From Octopus sinensis (lineage: Eukaryota): a stretch of 64,000 nt of DNA. The DNA lies in the NCBI RefSeq assembly GCF_006345805.1, contig NC_042999.1:122884001-122948000 (forward strand), read 5' to 3'. The notes under the pieces were generated by a model. It was not told the origin of the DNA. It did not search any database and worked only from the letters and a program-made list of their open reading frames with translations. Positions 25,277-38,071 of this stretch are shown piece after piece (position 1 is the first letter of the stretch; each line of letters starts with the position of its first letter). A program made the position numbers and the translations under genes.

Positions 25277-27939
25277 GTGCAAAAGTGCTACACCCTAGCA
25301 GTTGAGGGAACCTGTGGAAGAGGTAGACCCAGGAAAACCTGGGACGAGGTGGTGAAGCACGACCTTCGAACTTTAGGTCTCACCAAGGAAATGACTGAAG
25401 ACCGAGTCCTATGGAAGTGTGCTGTGCATGAGAGGACCCGGCAGGACTAGTCAGGCCATATCCCGTGGCCCCTACCTGGGACGTAGTCGATCCACCTGTG
25501 CATACCTTCCTTCTTGTGACACTTGTGAAGACCTGCTGAGGCAAGTGAAAATCAATCAAAATAGATGAACATCAATGGAATTTGTATCTTTGTGGTACCA
25601 GTGCCTGTGGCACACAAGAAAACCATCCGAACGTGGCTGTAGCCAGTACCGCATCGACTGGCCTCCGTGCTGTGGGAACATGGTGGCACGTAAAAACACC
25701 ATCCGAAGACCCGGCAAGACTAGTCAGGTCATAACCCGTGGCCCCTACCTGGGACGTAGTCAGTCCACCTGTACATACCTTCCTTCTTGTGACACTTGTG
25801 AAGACCTGTTGAGGCAAGTGAAAATCAAAACAAATCAAAATAGATGAACATCAATGGAATTTGTATCTTTGTGGTACCAGTGCCGGTGGCACACAAGAAT
25901 CCATCCGAACATGGCCGTAGTCAGTACCACATCACTGGCCATCGTGCTGTGGGCACATAACAAACACCATCCGATCGTGGCCGTTCGCCACCCTCATCTA
26001 GCACCTGTGTCGGTGGCACATAAAAACACCATCCGAAGACCTGGCAAGACTAGTCAGGCCATAACCCATGGCCCCTACCTGGGATGTAGTCAGTCAGAAG
26101 ACCTGTGCACACCTTCCTCCTTGTGATACTTGTGAAGGCCTGTTGAGGCAAGTGAAAATCAAAATCAAATCAAAACAAATCAAAATAGATGAACATCAAT
26201 GGAATTTGTATCTTTGTGGTACCAGTGCCGGTGGCACACAAGAGAAAACCATCCGAAAGTGGCCGTAGCCAGTACCGCATCGACTGGCCTCCGTGCTGTG
26301 GGTGCATGACAAACACAATCCGATCATGGCCGTTCGCCAGCCTCATCTAGCACCTGTGTCGGTGGCACATAAAAACACCATCCGAAGACCCGGCAAGACT
26401 AGTCAGGCCATAACCCATGGCCCCTACCTGGGACGTAGTCAGTCCACCTGTGCATACCTTCCTTCTTGTGACACTTGTGAAGACCTGTTGAGGCAAGTGA
26501 AAATCAAAATCAAAACAAATCAAAATAGATGAACATCAATGGAATCTGTATCCTTGTGGTACCAGTGCCGGTGGCACACAAGAGAACCATCCAAACGTGG
26601 CCGTAGCCAGTTCCGCATCGACCGGCCTCCGTGCTGTGGGCACGTAACAAACACCATCCGATCATGGCCGTTCGCCAATCTCATCTGGCACCTGTGTCGG
26701 TGGCACATAAAAACACCTTCCGAAGAACCGGCATGACTAGTCAGTCCACCTGTGCATACCTTCCTTCTTGTGACACTTGTGAAGACCTGTTGAGGCAAGT
26801 GAAAATCAAATCAAATCAAATCAAAATAGATGAACATCAATGGAATTTGTATCTTTGTGGTACCAGTGCCTGTGGCACACAAGAAATCCATCCGAACGTG
26901 GCCGTAGTCAGTACCGCATTGACTGGCCATCGTGCTGTGGGCACATAACATACACCATCCGATCGTGGCCGTTCGCCAGCCTCATCTAGCACCTGTGTCG
27001 GTGGCACATAAAAACACCATCCGAAGACCCGGCAAGACTAGTCAGGCCATATCCCATGGCCCCTACCTGGGACGTAGTCAGTCCACCTGTGCATACCTTC
27101 CTCCTTGTGATACTTGTGAAGGCCTGTTGAGGCAAGTGAAAATCAAAATGAAATCAAAACAAATCAAATCAAAACAAATCAAAAGAGATGAACATTAAAG
27201 GAATTGTATCTTTGTGGTACCAGTGCCGGTGGCACACAAGAAAACCATCCGAACGTGGCCGTAGCCAGTACCGCACCGACTGGCCTCCGTGCTGTGGGCA
27301 CGTAACAAACACCATCCGATCGTGGCCGTCCGCCAGCCTCATCTGGCACCTGTGTCGGTGGCACATAAAAACACCATCCGAAGACCCGGCAAGACTAGTC
27401 AGGCCATAACCTGTGGCCCCTACCTGGGACGTAGTCAGTCCACCTGTGCATACCTTCCTTCTTGACACTTGTGAAGACCTGTTGAGGCAAGTGAAAATCA
27501 AAACAAATCAAAATAGATGAACATCAATGGAATTTGTATCTTTGTGGTACCAGTGCCGGTGGCACGTGGCACACAAGAAAACCATCCGAACGTGGCCGTA
27601 GCCAGTACCGCATCGACTGGCCTCCGTGCTGTGGCCACGTAACAAACACCATCCGATCGTGGCCGTTTGCCAGCCTCATCTGGCACCTGTGTCGGTGGCA
27701 CATAAAAATACTATCCGAGCGTGGCCGTCTGCCAGCCTCGTCTGGCACCTGTGTCGGTGGCACATAAAATCACCCACTACACTCTCGGAGTGGTTGGCGT
27801 TAGGAAGGGCATCCAGCTGTAGAAATACTGCCAGATCTGACTGGACTGGTGCAGCTTTCGGGCTCCCCAGACCCCAGTTGAACCGTCCAACCCATGCTAG
27901 CATGGAAAGCGGACGTTAAATGATGATGATGATGATGAT
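25277..27939 (+). mobile_element. 5'-truncated RTE retrotransposon whose 3' UTR is tandemly expanded
   Basis: 25277-25450 reads [49 protein letters not shown] (RTE C-terminus); the element ends with the standard tail and (GAT)n at 27939. Confidence 0.85.
25440..27720 (+). repeat. Tandem array of ~7 units of 279-358 bp
   Basis: Marker GATGAACAT at ~25564, 25843, 26188, 26528, 26829, 27187 and 27516. Confidence 0.95.
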
Positions 27940-28277
27940 ACACACACACACACACACACATACACATATATATATACATAAGAAATTACACAACCGGAAC
28001 TGGGTGCCTATGCAACATCTTATGGGGTCACCAGAGCTTTCACATAATGTTTTTCTGTAGTGATAAAAGTGCTTAAATATACTTTTGCAGTCATTCAGAC
28101 ACTCATGTACAAAATACACTTAAATATAAATATCAATTACCAGAATATATTACAAAGCTCAGTAGGGTTGCACATTACAAGGGTAATTATAGGCAGACCT
28201 AACAACTGATTATTTGTGCTAATATTACAACATGGTATTATATACAATATCTCTCTCTCTGTCTCTCTGTCTCTCTG

Positions 28278-28309
<32 letters not shown>

Positions 28310-28564
28310 ACACTCACACACATGCAGAAACAAACAGGTGTGGTATATATATATAACTGTATAATAATACATCATAATAATATTTTATTCTCCAATTTGA
28401 AGCAACAATTTTTAGATATGAACAAATGACTGAAAAATGATGACCTAACCCCAGCCAGAATCAAACCCACAAATCAATGTTAACATAATTATACAGTTAT
28501 TATCATTATATTATGAGTCTTCCATAGTAGTTTTCTCTCTGTAACTTACAAAGCATTTTGAGTT

Positions 28565-28959
28565 TGTGGTAAGTAGCTTGCTTACCAGCCACATGGTTCT
28601 GGGTTCATTCCCACTGCATGGCATCTTGGGCAAGTGTCTTCTACTATAGCCTTGGTCTGACCATATCCTTGTGAGTGGATTTGGTAGATGGAAACTGAAA
28701 GAAGCCCATCGTATATATGTATATGTATACATATATGTGTGTGTCTGTGTTTGTCCCCCCCCCACATCGCTTGACAACCGATGCTGGTGTGTTTACGTCC
28801 CCGTAACTTAGCGGTTCGGCAAAAGAGACTGATAGAATAAGTACTAGGCTTACAAAGAATAAGTCCTGGTGTTGATTTGCTCGACTAAAGGGGGTGCTCC
28901 AGCATGGCCGCAGTTAAATGACTGAAACAAGTAAAAGAGTAAAAGAGAGAGTAAAGAGT
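28565..28959 (+). mobile_element. Family A SINE, followed by an inverted family A head at 28975-29133
   Basis: Shared family A motifs in both orientations. Confidence 0.85.
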
Positions 28960-29354
28960 ATATATATATATATTCAACAAGATTCTTTCAGTTTCCATCT
29001 ACCAAATCCACTTACAAGACTTTGGTCAGCCTGAGGTTATGGTAGAAGACAGTTACCCAAGGTGCTATGCAGTGGGGCTGAAACTGAAACCATGTGGCTG
29101 GAAAGCAAACTTCTTACCACACAACCACATCTATAGGTTTCATATAGATTTCTAAACATATACACGTAGATGAATATGAATAAATTTTTATGACAAAAAC
29201 ATATACACTGACGTTAGGAAGGGCATCCAGCCGTAGAAACATTGCCTGATCAGACTGGGCCTGGTGCAGCCTTCTGGCTTTCCAGACCCCAGTTGAACCG
29301 TCCAACCCATGCTAGCATGGAAAGCGGATGCTAAACGAAGATGATGATGATGAT

Positions 29355-29491
29355 GACAGCTGGATTTAGTCAAATTATTAAGCATTTGAGTAGTCACTAC
29401 TAACAAGTCTACAACTGATAGCCAAAACTAGTCTCGTCTAGTAATCTTAGAGATCCTCATGGGGTGGTTATCTCCTCTGTCATTGTATATA

Positions 29492-29526
<35 letters not shown>

Positions 29527-29865
29527 GTATATGGTGCACTTCTTTCTGCATTAAAAGTTTTTTACTCTTATTTCTAGCAATATAGGTGCTTCACACCCTC
29601 TGTCACAATTAGTGATGATAACATTTTTCCTTTATGGTATTATATTGCACCTAGCTGTTTATATTAATTTGTAACAAACGTATTAGCATTTTGCTAAATC
29701 ACCCATAAATTTTTATGATAAAAATATATATGCAGACAGCTGGATTAGCCACACCACTGAGTGTTTGAATAGTCATTACTGATCAGCTTGCAACTGATAC
29801 TGAAGCTAGTCTAGTCTAGTGATCCTAGAGATACCCACAGGGCAGTTATCTCCCCTGTCAGTGTA
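29355..29865 (+). repeat. Diverged 379-bp-period direct repeat; each unit carries a hammerhead relic (family E)
   Basis: 29355-29487 aligns with 29735-29865; further homology at 30715-30810 and, on the minus strand, 51980-52390. Confidence 0.7.
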
Positions 29866-30168
29866 TGTGTGTGTGTGTGTGTGGTGTGTGTGTGTATATA
29901 TATATATATGTACACACCTACATATATATATGTATATATACATGCATATATGGGTACAGAACATCAAAAAAATGTAGACACAATGTTTTCTATGTTTTTG
30001 TTTTTATGTTTTCATTCTAATTGTGTCTACGTTTTTTTTTTTATGCCCTGTACCCATATATTCCTGTATATATACATATATATGTAGGAATGTACATATA
30101 TGCATATATTTATATATTATTTATATTATTATATGATGGAATGCCACACATCCTTTTGCAAGTTTTAC

Positions 30169-30202
<34 letters not shown>

Positions 30203-30437
30203 TTATGTAAAAAATACAAACTGGGACAAGAACGCAAAACATTTAGAAGACGATACAAAAAACATGGACAGGACATTCAAAGCCTTCAATCTTCAGTCAA
30301 GAATCGGATCATCCTCGCAATTTCAGCTGATTAATCTTGAGATCGCTCCGATCCGGCCAGCCCCAAGGAAAAACTAAGCTACGAGCATTAGATTTCTTGG
30401 AAAAAGGATTGAATGTATATATTTGTGTGTATGTGTA

Positions 30438-30469
<32 letters not shown>

Positions 30470-30568
30470 GAACGGGAAGCTTTACGAAAATAAACAAAAG
30501 ACGAAGGCAGGTGGAGTACAAACAAACAATTGTATTAGTATGGCGCTCAGGAATAGAAATAAAACAAG

Positions 30569-30606
30569 TCTTTTACATTTCGAGCCTACGCTCTTCAACA
30601 GAAAGA
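30569..30606 (-). ncRNA. Minimal type-I hammerhead-like motif with CUGUUGA core
   Basis: TCTTT-CTGTTGA-A-GAGC-GTAG-GCTC-GAAA-TG-TA-AAAGA; perfect stems I and II. Confidence 0.55.
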
Positions 30607-30675
30607 TACACAGAAAAAAAACACGGAGAGAAACAAGGAGAGAAAAAAAATGTGTGCAGGAGCTAATGATTCAAC

Positions 30676-30717
<42 letters not shown>

Positions 30718-32628
30718 CACCATTAAGTGTTTTTAACTTTTATTTATTGCAATATAGGTGTTTTGGCATGCTCAGTTACAATAAGTGATGATAAAATTTT
30801 TCCTATATGAATGTACGTATGCATACATGTATATGGATGAACATGGGTGTGAGTAGGAGTGGGTATGTTTGTGTGTTTGGATATGTATATATGTATGCTT
30901 GTGTATGTAGATAGGTATGTGTGTGTGTGTGTGCAAATGTATGTGTACTGTATATACATATGTGTATGTCTGTTATGTGTACTTGTATATATGCATAAGC
31001 ATATGTATATATATATATATGTGTGTGTGTGTGTATAAGTGTCTCTATATAAATGCATAGATTTATATGTATATTGCAGTATATAGGATTTTAATGCACA
31101 AATATACAAGAATTTATGCTTCCTGAGTGCTTGCTCATATTTACAGGTAGGTTAGCAAGTATACCTTTCTTAGATTGCATTTATTTAAGGATTTATTCTA
31201 ACTTATTGATTATCTATTTCATTGATTTAATTAGGTATCTTTTTCTGCATATTATTTCGTTTATTCAGTTACCCACCTATTTATTTAGTTATATATATTT
31301 ACATATTTATGACACAAGTAAGTGTATATTTATTCTAAGTATGTGTGTATTAACTTGACATGAAATGAAATTGTTTGTTTATTCTATCTGCCTCTAATTC
31401 TTTGACAGTGTATTTCATGGAGAAATTGATAAGAATTAGATTTATTCTTTAACATTTGAAACCACCAAAAAATATACCGGAATATGTTAACACAGTTTAG
31501 AAATCAAAAATATTGAGTTATACAAGAGATAGTGAATTAGCAAAAGTGGAATTTCTTTGCCAAACATGAAATCTGTAAATTCCAATTATTTGCTCTGTAG
31601 TTAACTTGCATTTGGTTTCTGTAGTTAATTTGCATTTGATTTCTGGTTTCCTTTATCTTTTCACTCAGCAGCTGTGTAATTCAGAAATCTGCTCCCCAGC
31701 CACAGGGTTCTAGGTTCAGTTTTACTGCATGGCATCTTGGGCAAGTGTCTCTTTTTGATAGCCCTGGGACCAAAGCCTTCTTAGTGAATTTGGTAGACGG
31801 AAACCAAAACAAGCTAATTGTATATGTGTATATATTTATGTATATTTGTGTATATCTACGTATATGCACGTGTGTGTATGCCTCTGTATGCGTATGTTTG
31901 TATGTGTAAGTTTTTGTTTGTTTATATTTTTGCCCTAGGAATATTGCAAGTTGTAAGTGTCTGTTTGTTGTCAATTCTCCTGTCAACATTTAATTTGCAT
32001 CTTTCAAGTTTACAAAGATTTTTGCTATATGACTTGCTTTACTTGAAATAAATTTCAGTTCTTAGAGAAAACCTCAGTTCTGGAATTTAAATAGTTGTGG
32101 ATCTTTGACTGTAGCAAGATGTGTGTTCTTTCTGCCATTCAAAGGTTGCATTTCTTTGAAACATTCACGTATGACTATACTCTCTCAAAGACCTTCAATT
32201 TGATACTGCAAAGTATTTTGTTGTCCCTTGATTTCCATTGCTTCATGAAGTTCTTACAAAATACATTTTCTGCTATCTAATAGGATATTTTTACATAATT
32301 AGGATTTCAATGAACTAATGACCGATGATCTAATGGAAGTAACTGATGTTTTAATAACTGAGTTACCATGTCAAACAAACAAAACAAGCATTCACATACT
32401 ACCAGTAACCATTTTTATGACAAACCCAAACATTGCTGAAATAAATTTGTAGCAGATTGGTATAGACTAAGCCAGGTAGCTTTCTTCTGACATCAAACTT
32501 AAGTAGTTTGTTTGCAAATAAGTACCCACTTATACAATATAACTCACATATTTATTGATCACTTTACTTTACTGAAGCTAGCAATAAATGAAAGGAGAGA
32601 CACACAAAAAGAAAGAAGAAAGCAAAGG

Positions 32629-32669
32629 ACCACTGATGAGGTCACAGAAGTGTGACGAAAGAACTCTGG
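32629..32669 (+). ncRNA. Minimal type-I hammerhead ribozyme with intact consensus core
   Basis: CCA-CTGATGA-G-GTCAC-AGAAGT-GTGAC-GAAA-G-AA-C-TC-TGG; all core nucleotides canonical, CUC cleavage triplet. Confidence 0.7.
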
Positions 32670-32822
32670 CTGAAATACAATTAATATAGAATAAAGCTGA
32701 AGCAAGTGAACACCAAAATATATAGTGTGTGTGTTTTTATTGGCTAAACTGGCAACATGACCGTCCCCCAAAACAACAATATCTGTTTCAACACATGAAT
32801 TCACATCAAGAATCTTGCAAAA

Positions 32823-32916
<94 letters not shown>

Positions 32917-33199
32917 TTGTCTTTTAATGATGTATTTACATTTAATATGATACATAAATGACTATGTTAACTTAATACTGCTTCTGTTGCAAATAACGGA
33001 GTTTAATCAATTATTCCCAAAGCTCCCAAACGTACACACACTAGTATACAGAAACTCTTCAATTAATATGGTTAATTAAGCCCTTTAAAGTGCTGCAGTA
33101 AATGAAATAATGTTAATCAAATATAAAAACACAAGTAAAATATTGTGATTCATCAAACTCATTCTTTTAAAATCATATTTTTCCTTAAATTACTTTTAA

Positions 33200-33720
33200 A
33201 AATAAAACCAGGAACAGTTTTTTTTTTCCTTTTTCCAAGAAAAGATTTTATGGACATACACTTCCAAAATAAAATAGTCTCATCAACAGTGGCAATGTCG
33301 TCATAGTTTTGTGCTTCTAGAAACCTTTGAAATTCTGTTTTGAATTTCTGTACAGATTCCTTATCAGCGCTGGCAGATTCACTTTGAATTCTTACATTAT
33401 GCAAACCAGATTGGTGTTTGATGCATTTGAACTACCCCAAGCTACCTATAAAATATGTATCTGCTTTAGATTCATTGTTTTCTTTCAATGTAAAGAATAG
33501 GCTCAAAGCTTTTTGACTTGGTACTGCAGGTATTCATAAGAATATAGTTTTGATTATAGTCTTCAGTTCATTTTAATCATCTTTTCATTCTGATTTCAAT
33601 TTGGTTGTTTTCTTGTCAAAGAAAGAGTCATCTGTCCTTTTACTTTATAATTTTCTTCTTGTTCTAAAATATTGTATACAGTTGCTTCATTTAGTCCAAA
33701 TGAGTAGGTTACCTTGACTT
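33200..33720 (-). mobile_element. pogo/Tigger (CENP-B-like HTH plus DDE) transposase remnant
   Basis: GLHNVRIQSESASADKESVQKF..VDETILFWKCM. Confidence 0.8.
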
Positions 33721-34229
33721 CTAGCACCATTATCATGGCCTTTAATTATTTTAAGTTTCTTCTTAAGAGAGAAACATTACAATTTTTTTTTTTCTTAATG
33801 CAGTTATTCTCACCTTTATCTTACTGCTTATCCATTGTTAATGAGAGAAAATATTCTACCAGTGAGCAATGTCACAAGAAAGAAAAAGCTGAAACAATGC
33901 ATGCTTCTAATGCTGGCTGCTAGCCATTGCTATGAGAACAGAGCATGTTATGAGGTTTTAATTTCTTTACATAGGACCCTGTTGTATGAAATATATTTCG
34001 TTAGATAAAGACAGGTCACAATTAATAAACCAAGTAACTTGAAACCTGTATATCAAAATTGTATTAAATGAAAGATCCCTATACATTCATGCATGCATGC
34101 ATGCATCGATCGATCGATCCATCCATACATTCATACATACATACATACATGCCTGCAGAGTCAAACTGCTATTAAATACAAGTAACTCCAAGCAAATGTG
34201 TTGTGTACTACTTTCTTTCATTTTTTCAC

Positions 34230-34720
34230 ACATATCGAAATTGAAATCAAATTCGATGACTGGCATCTATGCTAGTGGAGCGCTAAGAGTACCATACGAG
34301 TGAGATTGTTGCCAGAGCAACAAGCTGGCCTCCATACCGATGGCGCGTTAAAAACACCATTCAAGCATGATCGTTACCTGCATCACCTTACTAGCACTTG
34401 TAGCTGGTGGCACGTGAAAAATATTTGAGCGAGGTTGTTGCCAGTGCCGCTGGACTGACTCCTGTGCAGGTAGCACATAAAAAGCACCATTTGAGCGGGG
34501 CCATTGCTAGTACCGCCTGACTGGCCCTCATGCCGGTGACACCTAAAAGTACCCACTACACTCTTGGAGTGGTTGGTGTTAGGAAAGGCATCAAGCTGTA
34601 GAAACTCTGCCAGATCAGATTGGAGTCTGGTGCAGCCATCTGGTTTGCCAGACCTCAGTCAAATCGTCCAACCCATGCTAGCATGGAAAGCAGATGTTAA
34701 ACGATGATGATGATGATGAT
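34230..34720 (+). mobile_element. RTE 3' UTR copy with subrepeats and (GAT)n tail
   Basis: Shared tail motif preceded by AAATC-like repeats. Confidence 0.8.
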
Positions 34721-35192
34721 GAGTATATATATATATGTCTATATGTATGAATGAATGAATGTGTGATTTTTCTATGAGTTTAAGTTCTTGAGAGAGTTGA
34801 TGCTGGTCGCTAAAACAGCAACAGGGCTTTTTGAGTTAAGAGACTTCCTGATGTTTGTAAATATGTGGTAAAGTTGGTGTATTGGTTGAACTGCCGATGC
34901 ATACACCTGAGTGTGTGCAACTATATACATAATAATCTCAGGTGGAGAAATTTTAAGATATTTTACGACTCTTCACTGTGTCATTAATAGATTGGATTTG
35001 AAGAATCCATGTCAGCTTCTTTTGCTCTTTTTCCTTGAAACCAAGTATTTCAACGTTTTTATGCAAATTTGCATTTATTTATGTATTTATGCATCATCAT
35101 CATCACTGGCAAGTGTCTTCTACTATAGCCTCAGGCCGACCAAAGCCTTGTGAGTGGACTTGGTAGATGGAAACTGAAAGAAGCCTGTTGTA

Positions 35193-35248
<56 letters not shown>

Positions 35249-36015
35249 CATGTGTATTTGTTTGTCTGTGTTTGTTCCCCCAACATCGCTTGACAACTGA
35301 CGCTGGTGTGTTTACGTACCCGTAACTTAGCAGTTCGGCAAAAGAGATGGATAGAATAAGTACTAGGCTTACAAAGAATAAGTGCTGGGGTCGATTTGCT
35401 CAACTAAAGCCGGTGCTCCAGCATGGCTGCAGTCAAATGACTGAAACAAGTAAAAGAGTTAAAGAGTATATGTTTTCCATGCTGGTATGGGTTGGACAGT
35501 TTGACATGGAGCTGGCCAGACTCCAACAGTCTATCGTGGTATGTATATATACATCAGCCATGATTCTATCCTTGATCACTATTCACTATATTCACCTCTA
35601 TCCCCATTTCTAACATTTGTCACCTTCCTCTCACATGCTTGTCAACTTACCAAACTATCCTTCACTTCTAAATTGTGTACTATTAGGTTCACTCCTACTG
35701 TAGGACACCGAGGATAGTTGTGTCTTCTACTATAGCTATGGGTTGACCAAAGCCTTGGGTGTGGGTTTCCAAGACAGAAACTGGAAGAAGATAATCATGT
35801 GTGTGTGTGTCATATGTGCATTGTAAATAAACATTACCATTGTACAAGTGGTACCATATGTGCAGTCTTCCTTTAAAATAAAACAATCTCTGGATTACTG
35901 TCTGTTTGATTGCCTGTACCTGTGGATGGTCTTAATAATGCAACCTCAAGGGTTAACACCTGAAATAAAATTATTATGCATATATACATACAAATATATA
36001 ATATATATATATATA

Positions 36016-36057
<42 letters not shown>

Positions 36058-36163
36058 GGATAAGATCATTAATTTAAATAATGATCTTATCAAGTGGCCA
36101 GCATGGGAATAAAAACCTTCAAAAGTAATAATTATTATTAAAATTATAATTTAGGGTATCTAA

Positions 36164-36302
36164 GAGATACCACCACGCTGGAAATAGCAGTCAAAACTTG
36201 ACTCTAAAACCACATTAAATGTTCATACAGCACCAGGAGAGTGCTGTATGTACATTTAATGTGGTCAAGGTTTGACTGCTATTTCCAGCGTGGTGATATC
36301 TC
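36164..36302. repeat. Near-perfect hairpin with ~65-bp arms and a 7-nt loop
   Basis: GAGATACCACCACGCTGGAAATAGCAGTCAAA..CATACAGCAC / loop CAGGAGA / GTGCTGTATG..TTTGACTGCTATTTCCAGCGTGGTGATATCTC. Confidence 0.92.
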
Positions 36303-37031
36303 ATATATATATATATATATATATAATATGTATATGCACGTGCACACACACACATACATTAATGTTTGTTTTCATGTTATAATAAAACAATTTTACATTA
36401 AATTGAAGGATTACTCACTACATATGGTAGAATACAAAATTGTATTACTAAACAAAAATACTATTGACAATGTCTTTGAAGTTTCAGCTAGCTAAGCAGT
36501 ATGTGTATGTGTGTGTACTTGTAATAGTTATAGATGGTTATTTCCTGGTCATTCATGTTTATTCTTATTTCCTGGTCAGCAAATCACATAACTCATTGCT
36601 TTCAAAGACATGTAAACTGAATTCTCCCTTAATTGAATAACAGGAATGTGTTAATGACAGGATTGGAATTCAAACCATAAAGTAATGTCTGAATAACATG
36701 TAATCATCTAACCTGTGTTAGTACGGAAATGCAGAATAAAAGGAATACACAAATGCATGCATGTATGCATTTTTCCATCCATTCATACATACAAGATCAT
36801 AGTTCTGACAGCCTTAATGTCATCCCCAGTTGCATGTGACAGCTAAAAGTTTTTTCATTCACACATACACATACACAAACATTCACACACATACACACAC
36901 ACTCACACACTCAGCTAATTTTACCAATTGGCTTTGCATACAAGAGTTTGGGGGAAACCTCGTCTTGGTACTCATCAGAAGGGCTGGTAGGCTATGGCTC
37001 GCTTAATGGTAAATGCAGCACAGAGACCATT

Positions 37032-37266
37032 AAGGTGGCGAGATGGCAGAAACGTTAGTACGCTGGGCAAAATGCTTAGCAATATTTCATCTGCCACTAC
37101 GTACTGAGTTCAAATTTCACCGAGGTCGACTTTGCCTTTCATCCTTTCAGGGTCGATTAAATAAGTACCAGGTACGAATTGGGGTCGTTATAATCGACTT
37201 AACCCATTTGTCTGCCCTTGTCTGTCCCCTCTGTGTGTAGCCCCTTGTGGGCAGTAAAGAAAAAAG
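37032..37266 (+). mobile_element. tRNA-derived SINE with Deu/Nin-like central domain (family B)
   Basis: AAGGTGGCGAG..GAGTTCAAATT head and GCCTTTCATCCTTTCAGGGTCGATTAAATAAGTACCAG domain. Other copies at 46400, 51490 (minus) and 58323. Confidence 0.8.
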
Positions 37267-38071
37267 AGACCACTATATATATATGAAGTGGATATCATAT
37301 CAGAGTATCTCAGCAGGTAGACAGTTGGGCTGCATTATGTGGGCATGTCAAAACGTCCCTTCACTATCAGATTTAACAACCACAAATACTCCTTTGATTT
37401 TCGGGAGAGGTGAAGTATCATAGCCCAGGCTAGGTATATATAGCTGTTGAAAGAAAACACTTCAGATTTCAGCATCAAGTGGTGAATATTGGAAAGGCAC
37501 AAGCCTTACTTCTGTAGAAGTAGGAAGTGCAGGCTATACTTGTAAAGTCTCTCTTCACCAGGATACCTACCGAAACTGCAAAAGCAAGATTTTCTGATCC
37601 TGCCTACATGAAAAAAAATATGTGCCCTGATACTGGTAGACTCCACTTTATGCATAAACATTAAAGCTTCCATCATTAGTACTTTCCACTACCAAAATCT
37701 GAGAGTTTGGCACAAGATTTACCACACCCAACATTTTTCCTCACAAACACATACATATATATGTACATGTTCATGAGTTTAAGGGATCACTCAGCCCAGT
37801 CACAAGCTCTCATGTACAAAACTGACTGGTAAAGTCAGTTGAAATGGATCTATAATAATGTATTGAGTAAATAATAATATATGTGTTTGTGTGTGTGAGT
37901 ATATGTGAGTGTATACATGGTAGGTAGATTCATAGACTATACATTACATATATATGCATGCATAAATATCTACATATATATATATATATATATATGTATG
38001 TATACATGCACACATTCTGTATTTATATGCATATCAATAAATAGGCTAAATTTCATAGTATGTATATATTA

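Noticed and set aside
25525-25550. CTG(C/T)TGAG-GCAAGT-GAAAATC in each array unit as a hammerhead
   Set aside because: Stem II would be 2 bp with a 2-nt loop and there is no stem I pairing.
25440-27760. CRISPR-like or coding interpretation of the tandem array (repeated SLWYQCRWHT ORFs)
   Set aside because: Units are ~325 bp near-identical copies without unique spacers, no cas genes are present, the context is eukaryotic, and the ORFs vary in frame and length between units.
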